A stretch of DNA of 50,052 nucleotides, taken from a virus. Shown here piece by piece: positions 42,717 through 50,052 of the stretch (within the stretch, counting starts at the first letter, position 1; every line of letters starts with the position of its first letter). The stretch is from positions 1-50,052 of the IMG/VR virus record IMGVR_UViG_3300027521_000001; one strand, written 5' to 3'. Position numbers and translations under genes: made by a program. A model generated the notes under the pieces. That model ran no database searches, had not been told where the DNA came from, and was given only the letters and a program-made list of their open reading frames with translations.

Positions 42717-43099
42717 CCCCCGCCACCGCCGAGCTTCAGCGCCGGAGCTTCGAGATCGCGATGCAGGCCACGGAACGGGCGTTGGCGAAGCCACCAGAGG
42801 CTTGTCGCACCTGCGGCTCGCCGCGACCGCATCTCCACCCCGCCGTTCAGCACGAAGGCGAGGTACACATCTGCCGCGACCCGTTCCACGCGATGCCCTG
42901 GCCGCCCGATGAGGAGCAGCCCCGCGACCCCGAGTTGCCGCCCGAAGATCCCGACGACTTGCCCTTCTCCTGCCTCACCTGTGAGGACACCGGCGAGATC
43001 GAGGTCCAGCAGCGCAACTCGGCAGGGCAGGCGTACCGCGAGCCTTGGGCGACGCAGACCATCGCGTGTCCTGACTGCAACCAGGACGGTGCGCGATGA
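42713..43099 (+). CDS. Cys-rich protein (CRTC...CLTC...CPDC)
   Basis: ATGA overlap. 128 aa. Confidence 0.6.
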   Translation: MTPATAELQRRSFEIAMQATERALAKPPEACRTCGSPRPHLHPAVQHEGEVHICRDPFHAMPWPPDEEQPRDPELPPEDPDDLPFSCLTCEDTGEIEVQQRNSAGQAYREPWATQTIACPDCNQDGAR

Positions 43100-43848
43100 G
43101 CCGCCGGGAATTCGAGTTGACGGAGCAGCAGCACGCGAAGCTGCTGGACGCCTGCAAGCCGGTTCCGGCGATGTACCTCTCTGGTGGTCAGCCGATGTTT
43201 CGCAGCCAACAAGAGAACGCGAACGACGCATGGGCAGCACTCGGGAGCGAAATCGGTTTCGATGGCGCGAGCGTGCAGCCTGTCACCGGCAAGACGAGCC
43301 GATTCTTCACCGCGGAGATTGTCGAGCCGCCAGTCAAAAGCCCCGCCCTCGCAGCCATCGCCAAGTCCGAAGCCTGCGGCAAGCGAGGTCCGCGCACCGG
43401 CGCCCTCTGCCGCCGCTTCAAGGGCCACGAGCAGCCGCCGAGCCCGCAGCTTGGTGCCGACTTCCATGAGGCCGGGGACTCGCAGGGCGTGATCGAGCGA
43501 TGGGCGGTGAGCGCCGAGGAGATCACCGCGAAGGAGCAGCGCATCATCGGCGGCCTCGCGGAGCTGGATCAGGTCCGTGAGCTGCTGAAGGCGGCAGGCT
43601 TCGTGCCGATCGCCAACTTCGCGCAGCAAGGGGCGCCAGGGAGCGGCGTTCACTACATCGAGCTGCGACCCTGGGGCGAGAAAGTCACGGGATGCCCGCT
43701 GATCTTGCGGACGCAGTTTCTCTTCAACAAACCCCATTCATGGGCGCTGATGACAGTCGCCAACGCCGGCCCCTACGGCGCGGTGGACAACCCGGCGGAG
43801 CTGGTGCGCTGGCTCGCCCTGATCGCCAAGCTTGAGGCCAAACCGTGA
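43096..43848 (+). CDS. Hypothetical protein
   Basis: 250 aa with an ATGA overlap and balanced composition. Confidence 0.7.
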   Translation: MSRREFELTEQQHAKLLDACKPVPAMYLSGGQPMFRSQQENANDAWAALGSEIGFDGASVQPVTGKTSRFFTAEIVEPPVKSPALAAIAKSEACGKRGPRTGALCRRFKGHEQPPSPQLGADFHEAGDSQGVIERWAVSAEEITAKEQRIIGGLAELDQVRELLKAAGFVPIANFAQQGAPGSGVHYIELRPWGEKVTGCPLILRTQFLFNKPHSWALMTVANAGPYGAVDNPAELVRWLALIAKLEAKP

Positions 43849-44108
43849 GCGTCGCCTTCTTCCACGCTCGCCACCTTGACGACACCAGGCCGCCAGCCGC
43901 CGGCCTTCCTTCCTGCCCCGACTGTCCAGGCTCCGGCATCTTCGAGCCCACGCGCAAGGGCCAGACGCATTGCCTGCGCCACGGCGGTGGTGGCCCACTT
44001 CTCAGCGCGGCCGTGAGCGAGCCGGATGCCGATGCGGCGCCGGTTGCGGTCGAGCGGATCAGGCGCCGCCGCGGGCTTGGTAGCTCGCCGCTCGGGAGCG
44101 GGCGATGA
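43845..44108 (+). CDS. Small protein (CPDCPG...C)
   Basis: GTG start with a GTGA overlap. Confidence 0.45.
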   Translation: MSVAFFHARHLDDTRPPAAGLPSCPDCPGSGIFEPTRKGQTHCLRHGGGGPLLSAAVSEPDADAAPVAVERIRRRRGLGSSPLGSGR

Positions 44109-44356
44109 GCGAGCCACTGGCGCCTGAGCGCGCGTTGTCGGGAGGCTCGAAGGTGGCTGAAGTGCGGGACGCCTGCGAAGCACTGGAGGGCGCCTGCCCC
44201 AATGGTTACGTGCTGGTCTTCATTCAGTCCGATAATCAGCACGTAGCCGTCTCGACGAGCTTGCCGGCCGAGCATGCACGTGCGCTCATCGAACAGGTTG
44301 TCGTCGCAATGCGGAGAACTCCCATGGGAACGCTCACCACGAGAAGGCCAGCCTGA
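44105..44356 (+). CDS. Hypothetical protein
   Basis: 83 aa with an ATGA overlap. Confidence 0.55.
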   Translation: MSEPLAPERALSGGSKVAEVRDACEALEGACPNGYVLVFIQSDNQHVAVSTSLPAEHARALIEQVVVAMRRTPMGTLTTRRPA

Positions 44357-44484
44357 TGACTTGGTCCACGAAGCACCCCACCCCGAAGCCCAAGAAGCCG
44401 AAAAAGGCGCAGGGCCCCGGCCACCACCTTGTGCGCGGCGGGAAGCGGGCGGGGCATCACCTGAAGCGGGAGGGCGGGAGGTGA
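44356..44484 (+). CDS. Small basic ORF (MTWSTKHPTPKPKKPKK...)
   Basis: 42 aa, overlap-coupled on both sides. Confidence 0.3.
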   Translation: MTWSTKHPTPKPKKPKKAQGPGHHLVRGGKRAGHHLKREGGR

Positions 44485-44660
44485 AGCCTCTTGATCTAGC
44501 AGATTACGCCATGAGCCTTGATAGCCTCGCGAGAGCGCTACGCCTTCGGGTCTGCGAGGCTGACCGTTGGCGCATAGCTGACCGGTTGAACGAGATCGCC
44601 GCCTCTCTCCGCAGGCCGCTCGAACTCGCCGGCAACCAGCCGGCACGAAAGGAACCCTGA
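44481..44660 (+). CDS. Small hypothetical protein (GTG start)
   Basis: The 3' part of track ORF 44274..44660, with a GTGA overlap. Confidence 0.4.
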   Translation: MKPLDLADYAMSLDSLARALRLRVCEADRWRIADRLNEIAASLRRPLELAGNQPARKEP

Positions 44661-45797
44661 ATGCAGACCGCCAAGAGTGCCGCCGATGTCTACATCCAGC
44701 AGGGCGATGCCATCACCGAGTGGGCCGACTACCTCGAGCACGACGGCTCGCCGATCCCGGCGAACAGCGGTCCGGGCGGCCTCGCGCCCGGCTTCGTCTG
44801 GTGGCAGGGGACCCTCAACCCGAGCGCGATGCCGCCCGACCTCGCGAGCCTCGCCGGTCTGCCCGCGCTGACGGTCGCGAGCATCCTCGCGGAAGCCGAC
44901 GTCCAGAGGTACGGCATCGGCGCCGGGCGGCCGCCCGTGCCCAACCAGCCGAGCTTCCGCTACTCGTGCGCCGGCGGGACCGACGAAGACAAGATCTTCG
45001 TCCCCGGCATGGTGCACCACACCGGCGGCTTTGGCGGCTACTTCGACGCCCTCCCGGACGGCTACGTCTGGACCCTGCAGGACTTTCGGGACATGCTCAA
45101 GTGTCGCCAGGGCAACAGGCGGGCCGGGAACCCGACCGGCGCCCCGATCACGGTCAGCACGAGCGCTCAGGAGTGGATCGACTTCTGCGCCTCCGGCTGG
45201 GCGCAGTGGGGCAGCTTCGCGAGCTTCGTCACCGCGGCCACCAGCGCGGCCGGCGTCTACGTCTCGCCCTTCGTGCTCTCGGACGGTACCTGGCACCCGC
45301 GGCAGCTCTCGGCGCCGGTATCCGATCCAGGCAAGAGTTCGGCCGAGCTCGCCGCGCAGGACCTCGCCGACGCGAAGGCGGAGGCGCTGACCTACGCCGC
45401 CCTCAACACGGCTCCGCAGGCCGTGCACCCCGGCACGCCCAACGTCCTCGACCAGGCGCTGCCGCTCGGCCTGCACACGGCGCCTCCGTACATCCCGCAG
45501 CCCCAGAACCTCTCTGGTCGCTGGCGGGATGCAACCGGCGCCGGCATCATCGTCTGGCGGCGCGAGGACGACGCGAACGGCGTCATCGCCTCGGGCGCCG
45601 GCTTCTGGGGTCCCGGCGTCCACAAGCCGTTGGTGTCGGTCCTGGTCGACGACGCCGGCAAGCTGTGGATCGGGGGGCTGACGCCGGCGGCGATCACGTT
45701 GGTGCTGACGGACATCGCGAGCGGCGCGGTCAAGAGCTGGCAGGTGCAGGGCAAGACGGGGTTCTTGCTGGTGGACGGCGTGGTGGTGGTGGCGTGA
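44661..45797 (+). CDS. Hypothetical protein, 378 aa
   Basis: Its composition is protein-like, unlike the Arg-rich 458-aa antisense ORF covering it. No motif recognised. Confidence 0.72.
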   Translation: MQTAKSAADVYIQQGDAITEWADYLEHDGSPIPANSGPGGLAPGFVWWQGTLNPSAMPPDLASLAGLPALTVASILAEADVQRYGIGAGRPPVPNQPSFRYSCAGGTDEDKIFVPGMVHHTGGFGGYFDALPDGYVWTLQDFRDMLKCRQGNRRAGNPTGAPITVSTSAQEWIDFCASGWAQWGSFASFVTAATSAAGVYVSPFVLSDGTWHPRQLSAPVSDPGKSSAELAAQDLADAKAEALTYAALNTAPQAVHPGTPNVLDQALPLGLHTAPPYIPQPQNLSGRWRDATGAGIIVWRREDDANGVIASGAGFWGPGVHKPLVSVLVDDAGKLWIGGLTPAAITLVLTDIASGAVKSWQVQGKTGFLLVDGVVVVA

Positions 45798-46042
45798 GCC
45801 GCACTTACGGTCCCTTCCTCCCCTCGAAGATGCGGCGCCGCGCAGGCGGCAACGTCGAGACGCAGTGCCGTCGCGGACGCGGCATCCAGACCGGCAATCC
45901 GCCGGCCTTCTCATCCTTCCTGCCGACGCTTGAGGTGCAGCGGGTGCAGGTAGCGGCGTCGCCCAAGCGAGGCCTGATGGGCGGCGCTCTCGCCGTCCTG
46001 GCGGCGCTCGGATTCACCCGCTGGCAACGGAGGACGGCATGA
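45794..46042 (+). CDS. Small protein with a C-terminal TM segment
   Basis: GTG start with a GTGA overlap. The C-terminus carries LMGGALAVLAALGF. Confidence 0.45.
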   Translation: MSRTYGPFLPSKMRRRAGGNVETQCRRGRGIQTGNPPAFSSFLPTLEVQRVQVAASPKRGLMGGALAVLAALGFTRWQRRTA

Positions 46043-46323
46043 TCTTCTCGCCAGAGGTCGGCCTCGATCCTGGAAAGCTGCTCGATGCGATGGGCTGGGG
46101 CTATGGCTATCAGCGCGGTCGCACTCATTCCGCCATCCAGATCGGCGAGGCGCGCCTCTCGCTGACTCGGCGCGGCAGCATCCTCCCGATCGCCGGCTGG
46201 TCGCGCTTCAGCTTCCACGGTCCGACCGAGAGAGCGCGGACGGCGGCGCAGCTGCTCCTCCACGGTGGGCGCCCTCCCGCGAGCGTGGGCAATGCGGACT
46301 CTATTCCTGGGAGGGAGGGGTAG
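46039..46323 (+). CDS. Hypothetical protein
   Basis: 94 aa with an ATGA overlap. Confidence 0.5.
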   Translation: MIFSPEVGLDPGKLLDAMGWGYGYQRGRTHSAIQIGEARLSLTRRGSILPIAGWSRFSFHGPTERARTAAQLLLHGGRPPASVGNADSIPGREG

Positions 46324-46420
46324 AGTACTACCCCGCGCAGGCAGGCGCGCGCACGGCTATCATGGCGACCAACGGCGAGTCAACGACCACGAACAGCACC
46401 GACGCGTCTAGCGGGTCACC

Positions 46421-46870
46421 GTGAACCTCACCCACGAGCAGAAGGTCATGCTGATTCAAGAGCTTGCGCGCTTCGAGACGCCCTCGGAGGCGGCGAAGCG
46501 AGTCGGCGAGGTCTACGGCATCACGATCACGCCGCAGCAGGCATGGGAATACGTACCCGGCAACCGCGAGGCGTTGGCCCGGAAGTGGCGGGAGCTGTTC
46601 GCGGAGGAGCGGGCGAAGTTTCTCGCCGATGTCGACTCGATCGCCGTCAACCACAAGGCGTACCGCATGCGGCAGCTCACTATCGGCGTGCAGGCGGCGA
46701 TGGCCTCGAAGCGCTACGGCCTGGCCGCGCAGCTCCTCCGCCAGGCGGCCGAGGAGAGCGGCGGCGTCCTCACCAACCGGCGGGAGCTGACCGGAGCCGG
46801 CGGCGGCCCGCTGGTGACCACGTATCAGCCAGTCGTGGAGTTGCCGGCGAACGGGAGGGATGAGAAGTGA
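46421..46870 (+). CDS. Small terminase-like protein (DUF2280 family)
   Basis: LTHEQKVMLIQELARFETPSEAAKRV...ITPQQAWEY.P......KWRELF...R..F follows the DUF2280 pattern closely (from memory). Confidence 0.78.
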   Translation: MNLTHEQKVMLIQELARFETPSEAAKRVGEVYGITITPQQAWEYVPGNREALARKWRELFAEERAKFLADVDSIAVNHKAYRMRQLTIGVQAAMASKRYGLAAQLLRQAAEESGGVLTNRRELTGAGGGPLVTTYQPVVELPANGRDEK

Positions 46871-47067
46871 AATGGCCGGCGCCGCAGTGTGATACCTGCG
46901 GTCGGTTCTTCCCGGTTCTGCAGAAAGGCTCTTCCTGGATTGCCGTCCCCTGTTCCGATGTCAGCGATGAGGACATGCGCGACCGCTGCGCTAAGTGCAC
47001 CGCCGCAAGCGGACCGCTTGTTGATCGTCGGTACGTCGCGGGTATCGCCTACGGAATGGTCGCGTGA
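46867..47067 (+). CDS. Small Cys protein (CDTCG...C...CAKC)
   Basis: GTG start with a GTGA overlap. Confidence 0.5.
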   Translation: MKWPAPQCDTCGRFFPVLQKGSSWIAVPCSDVSDEDMRDRCAKCTAASGPLVDRRYVAGIAYGMVA

Positions 47068-47708
47068 TCCTCTCGCCCCGTCCTCTCCCATCGCCTCTGC
47101 TCGAGGACGAGAACACGCCGCCGACCTTTCTGCCGGCGCCCGAGCTGGTCGAGTGGCTGCGAGCAACCTTTGTGCTGCCGTCGTCGCTCTGCAATTTGGA
47201 CCACGAGCACCTTGCGGATGCGCGACTCGGCGCCCTCTGGACCAACGCCGAGAACGTCACCAAGGGGCGCCGCGTCTGGGGTACAGCCGAGAAGCCGATG
47301 CCGCCGCCAGGAGTCGGCAAGTGGCAGCGGGCGCGCTGGCGGCAGCAGATGCGCGAATGGTTCCCGGAGTTCGACGGCGAGCTGCCGGACTTCATCATCA
47401 CGATCGACGCCACCTTGGCGATGGTCACGGATGATCTGACCTGGTGCGCTGGCTGCGAGCACGAGCTGTATCACTGCGCGCAGGCGGTCGATGAGTACGG
47501 CGCGCCGCGCTTCACCCGCGACGAGCGGCCCGTCTTCCGCATCCTGGGGCACGATGCGGAGGAGTTCGCTGGGGTGGTGAGGCGGTACGGCATCGGCGCT
47601 GCGGCTGGCGGCGTGTCGGAGCTGGTGGCCGCCGCGGCGAAGGTGCCGCTGATCGGCAGGGCCACGGCTGAGCTGGTGTGTGGTACTTGCGGCAAGAGAG
47701 CAGCGTAG
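47064..47708 (+). CDS. Putative phage metallopeptidase (HExxH)
   Basis: CEHELYHC is followed by ILGHDAEEFAGVVRRYG, as in the phage metallopeptidase family often found near terminase genes (from memory). Confidence 0.7.
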   Translation: MILSPRPLPSPLLEDENTPPTFLPAPELVEWLRATFVLPSSLCNLDHEHLADARLGALWTNAENVTKGRRVWGTAEKPMPPPGVGKWQRARWRQQMREWFPEFDGELPDFIITIDATLAMVTDDLTWCAGCEHELYHCAQAVDEYGAPRFTRDERPVFRILGHDAEEFAGVVRRYGIGAAAGGVSELVAAAAKVPLIGRATAELVCGTCGKRAA

Positions 47709-47828
47709 CAACCCCTGCATTTGTAGGTGATTTCCTTTCACAAAGTCGAGCGCTTGTCCTACAGACTCGGGCTCTCCGGTTCGCTACGATAGCCACAGTC
47801 AACCGGCCGCGAGGCCAAGGAGAGAGCG

Positions 47829-48062
47829 ATGACCGAGCAGCCTACGACCCTCCTCACCCCGAGCGGCAATCCGCTCCCCGCGATCCTCACCCGGTCGGCA
47901 GATGGTCGCCTCCGGCTGCTCTACGCCGCGGCGCCGGATGCCGAGCCGATCGAGGACGGCGCCGACCTCGACCAGCTTGCCGCCAACCTGTCGGCGGCCT
48001 GCCCGGGCGTGGAGTGGCCGGATTACCTTGACGGAGACAACCCTGGTCTCTACCGGGTCTAG
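47829..48062 (+). CDS. Hypothetical protein
   Basis: 77 aa with AAGGAGAG upstream. It follows a 120-nt lower-GC intergenic region. Confidence 0.6.
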   Translation: MTEQPTTLLTPSGNPLPAILTRSADGRLRLLYAAAPDAEPIEDGADLDQLAANLSAACPGVEWPDYLDGDNPGLYRV

Positions 48063-48140
48063 CCGCCTGATCGCCTTCGCCAGCCCTGCGCCAGGCCAGC
48101 GGCGCAGGGTCAGCGTGGACGCTCAGACGAGCGAGAGGAG

Positions 48141-48269
48141 ATGACGATGCGCATGCCGAAGGGATGGAGCCAGCACACCCGCGGCGGCTGGTGGATGGTC
48201 ATCGACGACAAGGGATTACTGCGCGCGGTTGTCGCCGTGGAGGCGCAGCAGCGTAGAATCGGCGGGTGA
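48141..48269 (+). CDS. Small ORF (MTMRMPKGWSQHTRGGWWMVIDDKG...)
   Basis: 42 aa with GAGAGGAG upstream. Its stop overlaps the terL GTG. Confidence 0.35.
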   Translation: MTMRMPKGWSQHTRGGWWMVIDDKGLLRAVVAVEAQQRRIGG

Positions 48270-49921
48270 TCGCCGCCGTAGACCGCCCCCGCATCAGACC
48301 CCACCCAGGACCACAGGAGCGCTTTCTATCCACGCCGGCCGACATCTGCATCTACGGTGGTGCTGCCGGCGGCGGCAAGTCCTACGGGCTGCTCCTCGAG
48401 CCCCTGCGCCACGTCTTCACCATCCCTGGCTTCGGCGGCAAGATCTTCCGCCAGACCTCGACCCAGATCACCGAGGAAGGCGCCCTGTGGGACGAGGCCT
48501 GCGGGCTCTACATCCCGCTCGGCGGCCGTCCCCGAGAGGATGAGCTGAGCTTCACCTTCGCGCCCTACAGGAACACCATCAGCTTTGGCCACCTGAATCA
48601 CGCCAAGGAGCGCTACGAGCACCAGGGCGCGCAGATCTGCTATCTCGGCTACGACGAGCTCACCCTCGTTGGCCGCGGCGCCGGCAAGACTCGCGAGGCG
48701 GAAGAAGCCCGCGCGGAGGCTACCTGGTGGTATCTCCTCTCCCGCAACCGCTCCGTCTGCGGCATCAAGCCCTACTGCCGCGCCACCGTCAACCCGGATA
48801 GCCGCTCCTGGGTCAAGAAGCTCATCGCCTGGTGGATCGACCTCGAGACTGGCTTGCCGATCCCGGAGCGCAGCGGCGTCATTCGGTGGCTCTACCGGCG
48901 TAAAAAGGTGCTGTGCTGGTACGACACCGCCGATGAGGCGGCGGCAGCCAATCCAGACCTGGCGTGGAAGGGACCGCCCAAGAGCGTGACCTTCATCCCG
49001 GCGAAGCTCGAGGACAATCCCGCGCTGGTGCAGAGAGACCCTGGCTACGCCGGAAATCTGCTGCTGCAGGACCCCGTCGAGGGCGAACGGCTGCTCGAGG
49101 GGAACTGGAACAGCCAGGAGGTAGTGCCAGGCTTCCCGATCTGGACCGTTCCCGGCAGCCTCGAGGAGAACGCTCCGCGCGCAGCGTGGGCCAGCTGCCT
49201 CTACGACGAAGAAGACCCCCGTTGGAAGTCGATCGCCGCCGAGACCCGCCGCAAGCACATCGGCATCGGCGGCTGGGACTTCGGCACCGGTCCCTCGCTC
49301 CTGGTGCGCCTGCACGCCCTCCTCGAGCTGGCGCCCAAAGGCAGCAAGCGGCCCCCGAAGGTCTGGCTCGACGATGAGCTCTCCTGGCACAGCCGGGAGT
49401 GGACAGGCGCCGCGGCAGACGTCTGGAACCAGCACCAGCGGAACGGCTACGGGAACACGCGCCTGGACGGCGGCGACCCGACCGGCATCAGCCGGGAGTC
49501 GAACATGGAGAGCTGGCAGTCGAACCTCCGGGCGGCCGGGATCCCGCTCGTCTGTCTGCCGGTCTGGTTCAACAGCGAAGAGGGTCGGGAGTGGACGATT
49601 CGTGATGTCCAGCGCCTGCTCGACATGGGGCTGCTGATGGTGCACCGGCGCTGTCGAGGCTTCGTCAAGGCGCTGCGGGAGTGGAAGCGGGATGTGGACG
49701 ACGGGATCTCGCTCGAAGGGCTGAACCTTGAGCGGGTGAAGCCGCGGCACGACGACAACTCCCACTTCGGGATGGCCGGCTGCTACCTCATCGCGACGAT
49801 CCTGCGGTATGCGGTGATGGTCTCCCGGCAGCCGGAGGAGGTACCGCCTGGCGCGGCGAGGCTGCCGATCGAGCTGGCACAGACGAGCTTCGAGCGGTTG
49901 TGCAAGGCGGTGCGCATGTGA
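48266..49921 (+). CDS. terL: Terminase large subunit
   Basis: PHPGPQERFLSTPADICIYGGAAGGGKS gives Walker A and YLGYDELT gives Walker B. A nuclease-type C-terminal half follows. 551 aa. Confidence 0.93.
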   Translation: MIAAVDRPRIRPHPGPQERFLSTPADICIYGGAAGGGKSYGLLLEPLRHVFTIPGFGGKIFRQTSTQITEEGALWDEACGLYIPLGGRPREDELSFTFAPYRNTISFGHLNHAKERYEHQGAQICYLGYDELTLVGRGAGKTREAEEARAEATWWYLLSRNRSVCGIKPYCRATVNPDSRSWVKKLIAWWIDLETGLPIPERSGVIRWLYRRKKVLCWYDTADEAAAANPDLAWKGPPKSVTFIPAKLEDNPALVQRDPGYAGNLLLQDPVEGERLLEGNWNSQEVVPGFPIWTVPGSLEENAPRAAWASCLYDEEDPRWKSIAAETRRKHIGIGGWDFGTGPSLLVRLHALLELAPKGSKRPPKVWLDDELSWHSREWTGAAADVWNQHQRNGYGNTRLDGGDPTGISRESNMESWQSNLRAAGIPLVCLPVWFNSEEGREWTIRDVQRLLDMGLLMVHRRCRGFVKALREWKRDVDDGISLEGLNLERVKPRHDDNSHFGMAGCYLIATILRYAVMVSRQPEEVPPGAARLPIELAQTSFERLCKAVRM

Positions 49922-49953
49922 GGTAGAATACGGTCCTCGCGGCGCCATGGCTG

Positions 49954-50052
49954 GGGGCGCCAGGACGGCGCAGTAAGGCATCCGGCGCTGGTGGTTCGAA
50001 TCCGCCCGGTGGGCAGGCCAGCTCTCAGTAAGGGCATCGCGCCTCAGGGGCT
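49954..50052. repeat. Terminal direct repeat, copy 2 (identical to 1..99)
   Basis: Same comparison as copy 1. It lies in the noncoding stretch downstream of the large terminase stop at 49921. Confidence 0.97.

Noticed and set aside
44538-45914. Long antisense ORFs opposite recognised genes. Examples: 44538..45914 (-), 29353..31038 (-), 48326..49981 (-), 14877..16181 (-), 12389..13672 (-), 23157..24488 (-), 38022..39221 (-), 10362..11417 (-) and 11368..12438 (-).
   Set aside because: All are Arg/Gly/Pro/Ala-rich with few Lys, Ile, Phe, Asn or Tyr residues. They lack Shine-Dalgarno sites and lie opposite frames with recognisable motifs or balanced composition. This is the typical shadow-ORF behaviour of high-GC DNA.
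46324-46420. TATCAT plus a 20-codon ORF (MATNGESTTTNSTDASSGSP) upstream of the small terminase as a promoter plus leader peptide.
   Set aside because: There is no -35 match. The ATG overlaps the hexamer itself, and the peptide is low complexity. The region is more plausibly an untranslated or pac-containing spacer.

Overview
The window is one complete 49,953-bp unit of a high-GC tailed-phage genome. It looks siphovirus-like: a long tape measure, with no sheath or baseplate-wedge genes recognised. The first 99 bases are identical to the last 99, so the contig is circular or terminally redundant. About 45 kb is one plus-strand transcription direction. It runs from the early genes (RHH regulator, YqaJ-like exonuclease, RecT, HNH-AP2 endonuclease, replication-organizer-like gene carrying iterons) through many small CxxC proteins to DUF2280-like small terminase, HExxH metallopeptidase and large terminase. 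It then crosses the junction into an unusual ~7-kb block of exported proteins (two Sec-signal proteins, three tandem lipoproteins, one Tat-signal protein, a tRNA, tail-fibre-like proteins). After that come the Mu-like portal, protease/scaffold, decoration-like protein, major capsid, connector and tail-completion proteins, major tail protein and a 1318-aa tape measure. Two repeat proteins and the distal tail proteins follow, interleaved with two DNA methyltransferases, and three small proteins (two with a TM segment and coiled coil) close the operon. A 4.3-kb minus-strand operon (36910 down to 32589) diverges from back-to-back sigma70-like promoters and ends in an SLT-type muramidase. No integrase, cI-type repressor, reverse transcriptase, CRISPR array, DNA polymerase, helicase or primase was recognised. 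All family calls rest on motifs I recognise by eye and on gene order; no searches were run. Because of the GC content, most long antisense ORFs in the track are treated as shadow ORFs. Many true starts are internal to the listed ORFs and were placed using ATGA/GTGA/TGATG stop-start overlaps and Shine-Dalgarno sequences.
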